Positions 26,842-37,858 of a stretch of 52,732 bases of DNA are shown piece after piece. The DNA is taken from positions 1 to 52,732 of the IMG/VR virus record IMGVR_UViG_3300017913_000199; one strand, written 5' to 3'. The translations under genes were made by a program, and so were the position numbers. The number at the start of each line of letters is the position of its first letter. Position 1 is the stretch's first letter. Under the pieces are notes generated by a model. It searched no databases, was not told where the DNA came from, and saw nothing but the letters and a program-made list of their open reading frames with translations. The stretch comes from a virus. Taxonomy: Duplodnaviria > Caudoviricetes.

Positions 26842-29800
26842 TTATTCAAATATTGAGGGTTGTTTAAAGTCTTCTGATCGTTTTCCGATCTCTGGGAAAA
26901 GAGGTATGCGAACACCTTCACCTACAATGGCGTCGCGTCCAGTTACAGGAATTCCCTTGTCTAAATCTGGATAGAGGGTAAATGCTCTACCATACTTATC
27001 TTCCATAGTCACGGGTTCTGGTTTGCCAATTGTGTTTGCTGTCTTAGCGTACGATGCGACTAGGATATTGTAGAAGTCGGCTTCCCGCTTTGCAGTCAAA
27101 GGCTTTCCTGTACGTACCATTTCAAGGAACATGCCCCCCAATTCAGGATCAGAAAGAATGGATCGAAGGGTGTTGTACCTTTTGTTCCTGAACTGCTGTA
27201 ACAATGCCTCACTGATAACATAGCGAGGGCTGATAACCCCACGATTAATTGCATAAAACCGACTTATGTACGATTCCATACTAAATGAACGGGGAACACC
27301 TGTAATATCAAACTGCCCACTTTGGTTGGTTACCTGTCTGTCAGCAAGAAGCTTAGAAGTGGCATCCCAAACTTTATAACGCTTTTCACCAATTAGCTGC
27401 TTGACAAGGGCTGCTTTCTCTGGATCGTTAGTTCCCAGCATCCGCTGCAGTTCATCCAAGTCAATAGCCGATTCAGGAATGTTTGTTCCATCAGCGATCA
27501 TAACCCGCTTGTCGGTTGCCTTAAACGTTTTTCTTTCTAAGGCATCTAAGTAAACATCTGCAAGTATTCCGTCCACCTCTTCGTCGGATACATTTAGCGT
27601 CTTTTTAATCTCGCGTCTGACAGTAGATAGTTGCAACTCTCCGCCACCAATCAACCTATCTGCGATTTGATCTGCAGGAATACGAGCACCTGTGTAGTTT
27701 TCCAGAATAGAGACTGCTAGTTCTTTTTGTTTTTTTGCTAACTTTGCAGGTTCTAGAGTCTTTGCTAGTTGGGTTTGTATGTCACTCTGCACCTGATTCA
27801 TTGCTGTGTCAAATGCTTGATCACCTACCGTCTTACGAGAGAAGCCAATAGCGTCGTCAATGACTGTGCCTATGTCAAGCATAGGCTTCATCTTACCATC
27901 TGCACCGCGCATAACAAAGATTTGATTTAGGGTATCGGCTTGTTTTGATAGTTCTGCCGGAGATATTTTACCTTGAGTGCTAATAAAGTAGTCCGCTATG
28001 GCTGTCTTTACTGTGGCTGTTACAGCGTTTGTCATGTTAGTTCCTTCAACAAACGTGTACTGCGGCAACCCTGTAGCCGGATCAATAACTTCATCACCAA
28101 GAGTACGTTGCAGGGAATCAAACCACGATTTGCCCTGTACATTTGGGTCCATATTACTGACCTGCTTGACGTTAAACCACTCACGCGGGTTGGTACCGTA
28201 ACGTATACCCAAAGGGTTATTTACAGACACGTCAACGTTGCTTCTGTTACCCCAAGACATCCATCTAGGCACCTGTGCCTTTTCATCCATGTCGTACCAG
28301 CGGGACTTGAACTTAGCCCACTCTCTGTTGGCTTCGTTTAGGGCATCTCTCACGGGCACAATATTTGTTTGCCCTACATCATCTGTAAAGGTGACATTCA
28401 AAGAGTTTATTGATGCACGATTGCCTTCAACGTCTATGATTTCAAACTGATCAAACTTGTTATTTACTGCTTCTTCTAAAGTCTGAAGGGTATTGGCTCT
28501 TTCCAAGTTACCCGACTGACGGGCAGTAAATCTCATGTGACGAACTGCTTTGTCCAACTCCCGAAGCTGATTGAAGGACATATCAAATATATCAAGAGTG
28601 CTGTCTAGCTCCCCGGCTGCTTCACGCATAAACTGTACAACTTGGGTTTGATCACTAACACCTTTTCTAAACTGTTTACCTTTAGATTCAAAAGTTTTCT
28701 TTAGATCAGAAACAACTTGTTTAACCGTCTTGTCGGTTCCTTCTGCAAGAGAAGCAAAGAACGGATCAGATAAGGTTTGAAAGGTTTGATCTAGAATGAC
28801 AAGGTCACCCGGTCTAATTGTTTCTCCGGTAATTTTAGGTAGAGGCAAGTCGGGTAGTCCCGTAAATATGGCGTCGAATACGTCGCTTACATTTACGGAT
28901 ACAGTGCCATCCAGAGCGTTTCCTGCCTCATCGACGTAGTTGCCACCTTCTAATACCCCGTACATACGCTGTGCTTTTACCTTGTCAGCGGCATGACCAC
29001 TTTCTAAAAGTGCAGCAAGTAAACTTCCTGAATCATCGAAATTCACAATTTCTGCAGCGTTGCGTCTTCCCGCTGCTGTCACTGTTGGTCCAACAGCCCC
29101 GATTACAGCCTTTTTAGCTTGTGCTTCACTAGCCAACTCTGAACGAAGGGTATCAGCGTGTTTAGCTACTACGGCTGCAACCTTATCTCGTGTATCGTTT
29201 GCTACCTTGTCGAATTCTATCTTTGGCAAGTCTGCAGCATTGATTAACTGCTGGTCTTGCAACCGACCCATAGCGTCATCAAAGCTACGTACAGTATCGG
29301 GGCCTAGCTGTTGACCATACTTTTGACTGTTACCATCGATCAGATCTAAGTAGTATTGAACACCACGCTTTTCTATGACAGAAAGATCTGCACCTAGCTG
29401 ATCTATAGATTGTTGCCCAACCTCAATTGATCTCTGTACCAAACGGAAGAAGTCTCCTTTTGGCGTGTCTCCCACGCCGCCTTCGATACCTTGAAGCACA
29501 CCTCTAAGTTCTGCAACCAATGTGCGTTGAGCGTTTAGAGCTTGTTCTAGTTCCTTTGTAGCAAGTGATCCTATTTGCTTTACAGAAACCTTGCTACGAC
29601 TCAAATCTTCTAATGCTTTTACTGTGACTAGGTTTGTCATTGCGCCGAAACCTTGAGCTAACAACTCAGGCGGCAGTCCCTCTGCAATCAATGTGTCGTA
29701 GATTTCGTCTAGGTACTCTGCACGTTGAATGATACCTTCTTGCATTTCAGGGGAATAGGTGCTGATATTTTCTGCAAGGAACTTAACGTAGGCTTTCTTT

Positions 29801-31623
29801 CCCCCAAACTTTTGGTATGTTGCTGTTTTTTGCAAGGCTGCGTAAGCGGCAGGTACGCTTCCCTTTGCTAAACCCAAAATTAATCCGCCACCTAAACCGA
29901 TGATTTCACCCATCATTGGATCGCCTGTTATACCATATGTTTCATCCCGTTGCTGGAATATGTGTCCGGCTGTACCTGCACCTACCACTAAATACGTGTC
30001 AGTGACTCTTGCATCACGAATAAATTTAGGTGTGGCACTCTTACGAGCTATGGCCTGTAGTTCAAGGGTAGCATTATTAATATCTAAATCGAATTTTGCA
30101 AGGTCTTGACTGGCTTTTGCGTCGAGTGTACCCCCACGTTTTTTAACCCCTGCGAAGTATGCGGCTCTGCGCTTCTTTAGATTGTTCAAGTAGTTTGTTG
30201 CAGATACAACCTCTGCACGTTGACCGACTTGCATAGCAGCATCTTCAACTTGCAAACCTTTAGTTACACGACTACCAACACTGCTTGCAATTACCTTGTC
30301 TAGCCAACTAGGGTTTTTCCCTGCCTCTGCACCAGAACGCAAATACTTGTAGTCTTCTAATAATTCATTAAAGTTACGCTTGGTTCCCTTAGAAATTTGC
30401 TCCGCATAAAACTCCTTGAATCTTAATACTTCTTTCTTAGAGCGTAATGCAGTTAGCGCGGATGCGGCTTTTGTTGGAAGCATAATTTCCCCGGCAACTT
30501 TTGTTACGCGAGGTGCCAATCCTGTCATGGTGTAGATATATTCTTCCGCATCAGCCAGCGAAATTTTCGTTCCTCGTTGAGCCATATTTGCAATCATACG
30601 ATGGGAAAGAGGCTCCCAGTATGTATCCATGATAGCCTGACGACGATCACTATTTCTTATGTCAAAGTAGCCCAAGTCTATATCTTCATCTTCAAATTTT
30701 AGACTAAGATTGTCAGCAGCATCTATGAGTTCACCTACGCCCCACAGAACCATTTGAAAGGGAAACTTGATAGCGTTTTCGCCAACCATACTTGCTATCT
30801 TTTCTATGTCTCCCATTCCGGGGGCAGACACTGCGTAGTCGATGATGTCTGCACGGGTGCGAGCATCTTCGATCCCAGCCTTAATCAAACGTTTGTTCAT
30901 CAAATCAGCAAATAAAGGCTTACCAATTTCGGGATCAATAAAATTTAATGAGCCTAACATCACTGATTCACGGTACAGATCTATGTCCTCTTCAGTCATG
31001 TCTTTTGCGTAAATACGCTTAAACTCTGTTACAGGTACAGCTTTACCATCTACAAACTCAACCTCACCCGTTTTATAATCGAATTCTATTAATGGATTTG
31101 AATCAGGCAAACGAGTTTGTTCGTATATTAGGTTGTCCCACGGGACATCGAACAGTTCTCCCTCATCATCAATTATCTTTGTTGTTCCAAAGCGGTTAGC
31201 AACTTCCAATCGCTGGGCATAGTCCATTCCTTCTGGGAACAAAAGTTCTTCGCCTTGAGCGTTACGAACACCCATAGCTTTTTCAAAGTTTGCTACGACT
31301 CTATCATTGTCAAAATTCATAACCTGCTGTAAGGTTACGCCGGGGGTTATTTTACGAGGGTCTTTTACACGAGGCTGTACGTCGGTTTTTAGTTCTATAC
31401 CCAGAGCAAAGGGTTCGCGTGTAACATCAAACTTGGGGGTTTCAAATCCTGCAGCAACTACCTTTTCTAGTGAAGGAAATCTCTCTACAGGTTCTGGGCG
31501 TGACATAGGCTGAGTGTAGCTTGTAGGAGAGCCTTTAGAACCGACGCCCATAGTCGTCAGAACTTTATCTTGCTGCATCTTCAGCATCTGTGCTTCTAAA
31601 GTTTGCTGGTCATCAATCGCCAT
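26842..31623 (-). CDS. Large internal virion (ejection) protein
   Basis: 1593 aa, helical, last in the tail/core module. Confidence 0.7.
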   Translation of the reverse strand: MAIDDQQTLEAQMLKMQQDKVLTTMGVGSKGSPTSYTQPMSRPEPVERFPSLEKVVAAGFETPKFDVTREPFALGIELKTDVQPRVKDPRKITPGVTLQQVMNFDNDRVVANFEKAMGVRNAQGEELLFPEGMDYAQRLEVANRFGTTKIIDDEGELFDVPWDNLIYEQTRLPDSNPLIEFDYKTGEVEFVDGKAVPVTEFKRIYAKDMTEEDIDLYRESVMLGSLNFIDPEIGKPLFADLMNKRLIKAGIEDARTRADIIDYAVSAPGMGDIEKIASMVGENAIKFPFQMVLWGVGELIDAADNLSLKFEDEDIDLGYFDIRNSDRRQAIMDTYWEPLSHRMIANMAQRGTKISLADAEEYIYTMTGLAPRVTKVAGEIMLPTKAASALTALRSKKEVLRFKEFYAEQISKGTKRNFNELLEDYKYLRSGAEAGKNPSWLDKVIASSVGSRVTKGLQVEDAAMQVGQRAEVVSATNYLNNLKKRRAAYFAGVKKRGGTLDAKASQDLAKFDLDINNATLELQAIARKSATPKFIRDARVTDTYLVVGAGTAGHIFQQRDETYGITGDPMMGEIIGLGGGLILGLAKGSVPAAYAALQKTATYQKFGGKKAYVKFLAENISTYSPEMQEGIIQRAEYLDEIYDTLIAEGLPPELLAQGFGAMTNLVTVKALEDLSRSKVSVKQIGSLATKELEQALNAQRTLVAELRGVLQGIEGGVGDTPKGDFFRLVQRSIEVGQQSIDQLGADLSVIEKRGVQYYLDLIDGNSQKYGQQLGPDTVRSFDDAMGRLQDQQLINAADLPKIEFDKVANDTRDKVAAVVAKHADTLRSELASEAQAKKAVIGAVGPTVTAAGRRNAAEIVNFDDSGSLLAALLESGHAADKVKAQRMYGVLEGGNYVDEAGNALDGTVSVNVSDVFDAIFTGLPDLPLPKITGETIRPGDLVILDQTFQTLSDPFFASLAEGTDKTVKQVVSDLKKTFESKGKQFRKGVSDQTQVVQFMREAAGELDSTLDIFDMSFNQLRELDKAVRHMRFTARQSGNLERANTLQTLEEAVNNKFDQFEIIDVEGNRASINSLNVTFTDDVGQTNIVPVRDALNEANREWAKFKSRWYDMDEKAQVPRWMSWGNRSNVDVSVNNPLGIRYGTNPREWFNVKQVSNMDPNVQGKSWFDSLQRTLGDEVIDPATGLPQYTFVEGTNMTNAVTATVKTAIADYFISTQGKISPAELSKQADTLNQIFVMRGADGKMKPMLDIGTVIDDAIGFSRKTVGDQAFDTAMNQVQSDIQTQLAKTLEPAKLAKKQKELAVSILENYTGARIPADQIADRLIGGGELQLSTVRREIKKTLNVSDEEVDGILADVYLDALERKTFKATDKRVMIADGTNIPESAIDLDELQRMLGTNDPEKAALVKQLIGEKRYKVWDATSKLLADRQVTNQSGQFDITGVPRSFSMESYISRFYAINRGVISPRYVISEALLQQFRNKRYNTLRSILSDPELGGMFLEMVRTGKPLTAKREADFYNILVASYAKTANTIGKPEPVTMEDKYGRAFTLYPDLDKGIPVTGRDAIVGEGVRIPLFPEIGKRSEDFKQPSIFE

Positions 31624-31632
31624 CAGATATCC

Positions 31633-34600
31633 TTATTTAGCTAAGATTCGTGTAATCTTTGTTTTACCTAGATCTTTCATAGCATCTTCTAGCGTGTCAT
31701 ACGTTTCGCCAAATTTACCCTGTTCCGCATTTATTTTAGCTAGTTTATCCTCGTCGCTCATCTCAGCAGCCGACGAATCGACACCTTGATCTACAGTTGC
31801 TCCGGGTTGAGCCAGCCTACTTGCAATCATATCTGCATTTATATCTAACCCAGAATTGCCCAAAGAAAATTCTTGGAATTTCATAGCTGCGTAAGCTTGC
31901 ATACCACCAGCAGCCATTGCACGAGAATGCTTTTCAATATCCAACAGCATTTCTTTTGCGGCGTTTAGGATTTCAAGTTCTGTACTAGCTTGTCCAAATA
32001 TACTATCCATCTTCAACGCTTTTAAGATGTTTTGAACGTCTTGGTCAGAAATCGTACGACCACCAGTGCCACCTTGAATAGCTGCTGCCATTGAATACGC
32101 AACCATGAAGCGGTAGTAATTCCGAAGGGCAAGGTTCTTTACAGTTTCATCGTCGGAGTCTAACCCCGCTGTGTACTTTTCATATTCCGCTAGGTTCTGT
32201 TCACGGGCTTTTCTTTCATCCTCTAGGAATTCTTTTGCACTGTTGTAACCACGTTGTTTTGCTATCTCTTCTACATCTGCAGGGGGAACTTCTGAGAAGC
32301 CTGTAAAATAGCGTCTTCCTCTTTCGTCTGTTCCAAAGATTGTATTACGTGCAGCAACAGCAGCTTGACTCTGGGATATAGATTTTAATCCCGGTAGTTT
32401 ACTTCCGATTGTTTGATTAAATAGGTGCACAGCACCATCAAAAGCAACATAGTATTGACCAAGAGATGTGTTGATATCTATAAACTGACCATCTTCCGTA
32501 AAGAAAGTAGCTGTCATCTTGTCAATGACATTAATTGCTGTTGCTGCAGAATCTGCTTGACCTAAACGATAAATTTTTTCTTTCTTAAATTCTCTACTAT
32601 CCTTGTTGTTTTGTGCTCTCCACAACAAGGCATCCCTGTTAGTACCCGCTACAGGGGGAGAAAAGGCCATTATGAGTGCTGTTCCTTTTTCAAAGTCATT
32701 TCCTACTGCTGCGTTAAACTCCACACGAATTTGTTTTTCTAGATCTGGATTGCTTAAAGTTCTTTGGGTTCCTATGCGATTCATGTTTTTCCAAAGAGAA
32801 GCTAAGTTAGATCCATCAGGTTGCTTCGTGTGTATTAAGTAATTTACAAAGTCTAACTGAGGCTGATTGTCTGCAAGAAGAAGCTGACCCTGCGGCCCCT
32901 TTAAAAGATTTCCCGCTGGATCTTTCTTGTAATTTATTAAAGCCCCGAACCTTTCCTTTGCCCTATTTACTTCGGATTCAGTACCGCCCGGAGACATGTC
33001 TGCAATCAAAAAGTCCGCAGCATCCTTATACTTTGGATCAATGGGCATAGCTAAATTAACTTTTGCAGGTATACCGGGTTCATTTGGATCAGCGTTGGGA
33101 TCTACCATAGTTGCTGGAACTTGTGTTGGAATTTGTGCCACAATAACGTCTTGAGTTGCGCCAGTTTCAGGGGATACACTGTTCACAGCCGTTGCTTCAG
33201 CAATCGCTTGTCTAGCGTTTATCCCCGCCCGGATACTAACTTCCTGCTGTAATCCGGGTATTTGCATTAATACTGGATAATTTCTTTCTAATGCCGGAAC
33301 CAAATCAGCTAACATATCTCGACTAGGGATCATCTCCCCTGTAATCGGGTCTCTAAAAGCTGTGACTTCTGAAATTTTAGCAGCAGCAAAATTTCTCATT
33401 TTACCAATACTTTCAGGCGACGACAGGCCAACTTTATTCCAGTCTGTATTGCCAGCACTGTCTTTAGGAAGATTTTCTATCCAATTTCTAAAGACCGTAA
33501 GTTGCTCGTTCGGCTTCTTGAAATCTTTGCCAATTACAAAGTGTGCGTCTTTCCCGTCTCCATCTTTGTGCTTGATGTCAAAGAATGCTTGAGATAACTC
33601 TATAGCACCCTTCGCCTTGCTTGCAGAGAAAAGTTCAAATTCCTCTACCCGCCTGTTAGTTGTAGGATCTACCTGATAGCCCTTGTTGATTGTAGGTTCA
33701 AATTTGGTTCTGTCTTGATTGTACTCGTACAAAGGAATCCGTCTAACAGGACCAATACGATTTCCATTGGCATCTAACGGGTAAGCGTCTACATAAGAAT
33801 CTAGTACAGCTTCATCTTTTTCTTTTTTAAACGGGTAGTCAATATTACCTGTTCTAGTTTCACCGCTGTATTTTGTTTCACCAATATCCTCTAGTTTTAA
33901 GTCTGGATTGGCGTCTAAAATTTCTTGTGTAGTATCCCCCACAACAAGCCTATTATCTTTGGTAACTGCAAGAAACTTTGCTGTTGTTTTTTCTTCTGGT
34001 ACAGGAACGAATGATTTTTGCGCGGTAGACAAACTGGCAATATTGAACCCTAGCCCTGCAGCAAACTCAGGCGAAACCGACTTTTGACCAATAGATCCCG
34101 GTGTGGCTCCTTGACCCTTTACTTCAGCTTGTGTTTTACCGAATACCTGCTTACCTTCTGGGGTAGTTCCTTCAAAAACGAACACAGGCTTGGCAGCTTT
34201 TTCAGCCGCAGATGTGTATCCGGGAACGTAGTTGGTTGAATACGAATTTCCTTTGAATGTTCTGTCACCGATAACACGAGCACCCAAGTCGTCCCACGTT
34301 CCGAACTTGGTTCCTGTCAGACTAACGATTTGATTTTCTAGTTCGTCTCGTGTACCTACAACACCAGCACTTGTTTCCCAAAGCTGTTTGGTTACCTCAT
34401 CAGGATCTACAGGCTTAATCTCTCCTGTTCCAAACCGACGGTGGGTAACTGTATAGTTGGGAAAATTTTTATCCAATATGTTTAGCTGTTGGATTGGACC
34501 GTCAGGAGTCGTGCGTCCGTATGGCGTAACTATCGATTCGGCTTTGGCAGCCGCTGCTGCTTCTTTCCGTTTCTTTTCTTCTTCTTCCTTTAATGCAGTA

Positions 34601-34665
34601 CGGGTACGATTGCCCTTTATCATTTGGGATATAGCGTATAAGCCTAAAAGTAGTGGATCTGCCAT
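31633..34665 (-). CDS. Internal virion protein
   Basis: 1010 aa, position; C-terminal GRTISDQDV. Confidence 0.7.
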   Translation of the reverse strand: MADPLLLGLYAISQMIKGNRTRTALKEEEEKKRKEAAAAAKAESIVTPYGRTTPDGPIQQLNILDKNFPNYTVTHRRFGTGEIKPVDPDEVTKQLWETSAGVVGTRDELENQIVSLTGTKFGTWDDLGARVIGDRTFKGNSYSTNYVPGYTSAAEKAAKPVFVFEGTTPEGKQVFGKTQAEVKGQGATPGSIGQKSVSPEFAAGLGFNIASLSTAQKSFVPVPEEKTTAKFLAVTKDNRLVVGDTTQEILDANPDLKLEDIGETKYSGETRTGNIDYPFKKEKDEAVLDSYVDAYPLDANGNRIGPVRRIPLYEYNQDRTKFEPTINKGYQVDPTTNRRVEEFELFSASKAKGAIELSQAFFDIKHKDGDGKDAHFVIGKDFKKPNEQLTVFRNWIENLPKDSAGNTDWNKVGLSSPESIGKMRNFAAAKISEVTAFRDPITGEMIPSRDMLADLVPALERNYPVLMQIPGLQQEVSIRAGINARQAIAEATAVNSVSPETGATQDVIVAQIPTQVPATMVDPNADPNEPGIPAKVNLAMPIDPKYKDAADFLIADMSPGGTESEVNRAKERFGALINYKKDPAGNLLKGPQGQLLLADNQPQLDFVNYLIHTKQPDGSNLASLWKNMNRIGTQRTLSNPDLEKQIRVEFNAAVGNDFEKGTALIMAFSPPVAGTNRDALLWRAQNNKDSREFKKEKIYRLGQADSAATAINVIDKMTATFFTEDGQFIDINTSLGQYYVAFDGAVHLFNQTIGSKLPGLKSISQSQAAVAARNTIFGTDERGRRYFTGFSEVPPADVEEIAKQRGYNSAKEFLEDERKAREQNLAEYEKYTAGLDSDDETVKNLALRNYYRFMVAYSMAAAIQGGTGGRTISDQDVQNILKALKMDSIFGQASTELEILNAAKEMLLDIEKHSRAMAAGGMQAYAAMKFQEFSLGNSGLDINADMIASRLAQPGATVDQGVDSSAAEMSDEDKLAKINAEQGKFGETYDTLEDAMKDLGKTKITRILAK

Positions 34666-34666
34666 A

Positions 34667-35230
34667 TTACATGTCCCCCATAGCTAAAAAGGACTGCGGT
34701 GTCTGTTTTGGTGCAGTATCTTGAACAGGCTGAGACTCCCGCTTTGCCATCATTTCTATTTCCATACGCTCTTGTCGGTTTAGTTCTTCGTTCATTGCTT
34801 CGAATAGTTCAGGGTTGCGCTGTTTTAAGATTCTAAAGAATGAAACGTCGTCAACCTCACCCTCTACAATACCTTCTTCTTGGTTGGGGTCTATCATCAT
34901 ACGTGGTTCAAGACCCTCTTCCAAACCCTTGTGGTATAAGTATATACCGACACTGGGCTTAATCAGTTCGGCTACATCGGGCGTGTAGAATCCACTCATA
35001 AAACCTTTGAAAGCAATCTGGGAAACCAACTCTTCGATAGATATCCCTGCAGCCATGAGGCGTAGTATGTCGCGTTCACGAGTCGGTTCTTCTAGCTTAT
35101 CCAAAACAAAGTCCAGAGCCTCATCGGGATTTGTAAACTGCGGCGGTCTTTCCCACGGCCACTGTCCGGGTCTATCTGTAAGGGAATGTCCCGGCGGGGC
35201 TGCTACAGCAGTAATCTTTTCCATTGTCAT
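34667..35230 (-). CDS. Putative virion protein
   Basis: PGHSLT..PGQWPWERPPQF motif. Confidence 0.7.
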   Translation of the reverse strand: MTMEKITAVAAPPGHSLTDRPGQWPWERPPQFTNPDEALDFVLDKLEEPTRERDILRLMAAGISIEELVSQIAFKGFMSGFYTPDVAELIKPSVGIYLYHKGLEEGLEPRMMIDPNQEEGIVEGEVDDVSFFRILKQRNPELFEAMNEELNRQERMEIEMMAKRESQPVQDTAPKQTPQSFLAMGDM

Positions 35231-35242
35231 AGTGTTACGACC

Positions 35243-35746
35243 TTACGATTTAACTTTTTTTGTTGTGTATTTCCGTGTCAACGAAGCGGACGGGCTACTT
35301 GCACTTGAAAGGGTAATTGTAGGGGCACTACGAATATTTGGTGTTGGGGGGCCGAATCCCTGAGACATTTGAATTAATTTTTGAGAGACTCGTTGATCTT
35401 GAATTGCACGGGATATACGATCAGAGTTACCGAAGGGCATCATCTGGGCTTGTCCGGCACGAGCAAGCGGCTTTGCCCCACTAGGACCGACGCCTCTAAT
35501 TGCTCCCGGTGTCGGTAGATCGCTCATCTTTGTAGGATCGGTAGGTGGTGTTAAGGCACCCCCTATTAAGTCCCCAACAAAATCCCCTATATCTTGTGTG
35601 GTTACATTTGTAAATGAACCTACACTACTTAAAAAACTTTGTGCACCTGCTGGAAGATAGCTAGTCGCAGTATTGAGAGTGGAAGTAACCCCTGCCCCTA
35701 TGCTGCTGCCTATTTTACCCATAACAGTTTGAAAAATATTGCTCAT
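35243..35746 (-). CDS. Putative internal virion protein
   Basis: Gly/Ser-rich amphipathic ORF in the core module. Confidence 0.6.
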   Translation of the reverse strand: MSNIFQTVMGKIGSSIGAGVTSTLNTATSYLPAGAQSFLSSVGSFTNVTTQDIGDFVGDLIGGALTPPTDPTKMSDLPTPGAIRGVGPSGAKPLARAGQAQMMPFGNSDRISRAIQDQRVSQKLIQMSQGFGPPTPNIRSAPTITLSSASSPSASLTRKYTTKKVKS

Positions 35747-35753
35747 CTTTTCC

Positions 35754-37088
35754 CTATCCAAATATCGAATCGATTGCTTTAACTTTTAAGAAGTCATCAA
35801 ACTGGTCATCATACAGACTTTTACTTCCGGCAATTTGTGCAGATTGCATAGCTGCATTGTGGGCACGTTCTTGCTGATTGTCAGATATTTGCATAGCCCA
35901 TGAAGCTTGATCTCTATATAGCTGCCACAAATTATTTAATGAGTTCTGATTCAAACCAAGAAGCGTCTGTACGTTCTGCTGATTAGCTGCGTTTTCTGCT
36001 GCGGTGTTTGCAGTGTTTATTTGTCTGCGCCAAGCAACGTTGCTTTGATCGATAGTTGATTGCATGTTTGCATTGAACTGTTGGCGGGATGCTTCCATAG
36101 ACGCATTGAATTGCTCCATAGCATTGCCCTGATTAACGTTAAACTGATCTATAGACGCGGCACGTTGCATGTTTGCTGATTCAATCTGTGAACCTAGTTC
36201 TGCAAAAAACATATCAACTTCAGTCTCTGATTTTGCGTTGAATTGTCTAGCCGCATTGTCAGCAGCTTGATCTGACAGCTTCATCTGTACTGCAGACTGA
36301 TAATTAATTGTATCAGCTTGTTGTTGATTAGTTAAGTTCTGTGTTTCAATCGTAAGAAACGTCTTTGCATTTTGTACTGCTGCAGTCTGTCGGTTGTTAA
36401 GATTAGCCATATCCATGTTGGCTAAAGCTACAGCGTTTTGTAATTCTGCTTGTTGTTTATTGTTTAAATTTGCAAGCTGAATGTTTGCATACTTCTCAGC
36501 GTCTCTAGCTGCAATTTCTACGCCTGATTCAGTTATGGCTTGAACCATAGCTGCTGCAGCCATAGAACTAGAACCTAGTCCACGCTGCTGCATAATTGCG
36601 CTTACTTTTCGTACTTGTGGAGAAGCCCACGGAGGAAGTGCCTGACCAGCCGCAACAGAACTCATAATCTGCCCTAGTTGATACTGGACAGTTGCTTGCG
36701 GATCTAAGCTGGCAGTTTGTGCTTGGGCTAAAGAGGCGGGAGATAGTTGCCCTTGAGCAGCATTTACAAGGGCATTAGCAGAAGGTGAACCCTGCGCCGC
36801 TTGCATATTGTGTGGGGCAGAAACACTACTTGCTTGATATGTATTTGCAGCCTGTGCTTGCGGGGCTGTCTGATCGTACATGGAAGAACTAAGGCCAGAC
36901 GGAACAGGCGCAGAAACAGAAGACATCTTAACATTGGTGTCTGTTAAAATTTCTTTTTGATCTTCAACTAAAAGATTAGGTACTATTTCTTGTTTGGGAT
37001 CTAAGGAAGACTGTTCAGCCTGTTCGGTCTGCTCTTTTACGAGTTCTTCACTTAGAGCGTCGCCTTTTTTACCTGTTAAATCTGCCAT
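35754..37088 (-). CDS. Gln/Asn/Ala-rich coiled-coil internal virion protein
   Basis: QFNA repeats, RGLGSSSMA. Confidence 0.7.
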   Translation of the reverse strand: MADLTGKKGDALSEELVKEQTEQAEQSSLDPKQEIVPNLLVEDQKEILTDTNVKMSSVSAPVPSGLSSSMYDQTAPQAQAANTYQASSVSAPHNMQAAQGSPSANALVNAAQGQLSPASLAQAQTASLDPQATVQYQLGQIMSSVAAGQALPPWASPQVRKVSAIMQQRGLGSSSMAAAAMVQAITESGVEIAARDAEKYANIQLANLNNKQQAELQNAVALANMDMANLNNRQTAAVQNAKTFLTIETQNLTNQQQADTINYQSAVQMKLSDQAADNAARQFNAKSETEVDMFFAELGSQIESANMQRAASIDQFNVNQGNAMEQFNASMEASRQQFNANMQSTIDQSNVAWRRQINTANTAAENAANQQNVQTLLGLNQNSLNNLWQLYRDQASWAMQISDNQQERAHNAAMQSAQIAGSKSLYDDQFDDFLKVKAIDSIFG

Positions 37089-37090
37089 AC

Positions 37091-37315
37091 TTAATCCCTA
37101 CTCAATACTTTATCTAGCTTATCTTCAACCCGGTGCAAAGCGTCCATAACCTTACTCATGTCGTCGCGCAGCTCCATGCGAGTCGCATAGTCTTCGCGTG
37201 TCTTGTTAAGAAGGATGTTCAAACGCTTAGTTTCTTTACTTTGTTCAGATAAGAACCAAGCAAGTCCTGCTACAACCAAGCCAATAAGCGTATCTATGAG
37301 ACTGGTCATCTCCAT
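37091..37315 (-). CDS. Small membrane-anchored coiled-coil protein
   Basis: N-terminal TM plus coiled coil. Confidence 0.7.
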   Translation of the reverse strand: MEMTSLIDTLIGLVVAGLAWFLSEQSKETKRLNILLNKTREDYATRMELRDDMSKVMDALHRVEDKLDKVLSRD

Positions 37316-37331
37316 GAGACTTCCTCAACTG

Positions 37332-37718
37332 TTATTCATCATCTGCAGATGTCTTGGGATATTTTGCTTTAATTGTAGCAACATGCGTTTGCCAAGCTTC
37401 CAAACCGTTCTCTGTAATGTATTCAAGCTGGCTATGCACTGAACCGTAAGCTGCTGTTCTATCCTGTATGTACTGTGGTCTTGGATCTACATACGGAACT
37501 TCTTCTACAATAGGCTCCGGTTTTTGACTAGCTGTGCTTATAGTTCCTTCAGATACAAATGAGGGGGCTGCACCAATCTTTGGTCTAAACTCCCACGCTT
37601 TATCATCAAGATCTTCCTGCGTCATGTCAGATGCAAGAACAATTTCTGCCCAGCTATTATCACTATAGCGTATGGTAGCCACACCATTTTCAATTTTTTC
37701 TACAGTATACTGTGTCAT
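37332..37718 (-). CDS. Putative tail fibre assembly protein
   Basis: C-terminal R..AY....QL...W......IKAKYPK, downstream of fibre genes. Confidence 0.6.
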   Translation of the reverse strand: MTQYTVEKIENGVATIRYSDNSWAEIVLASDMTQEDLDDKAWEFRPKIGAAPSFVSEGTISTASQKPEPIVEEVPYVDPRPQYIQDRTAAYGSVHSQLEYITENGLEAWQTHVATIKAKYPKTSADDE

Positions 37719-37858
37719 TACCACTTCTCCATCGGACACTTAGCATTTTTAAAATGCACCTTTATTTTCATAATACACATACATTTTTTGCATTGAGACA
37801 TACTTTGTCTGTAAAACTCGCACTCTTTGCAAATGTCTAATCGTTTTTCAGGCGTCAT
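37718..37858 (-). CDS. 46-aa Cys-rich protein
   Basis: Manual translation MTPEKRLDICKECEF...CKKCMC...CPMEKW. Confidence 0.7.
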   Translation of the reverse strand: MTPEKRLDICKECEFYRQSMSQCKKCMCIMKIKVHFKNAKCPMEKW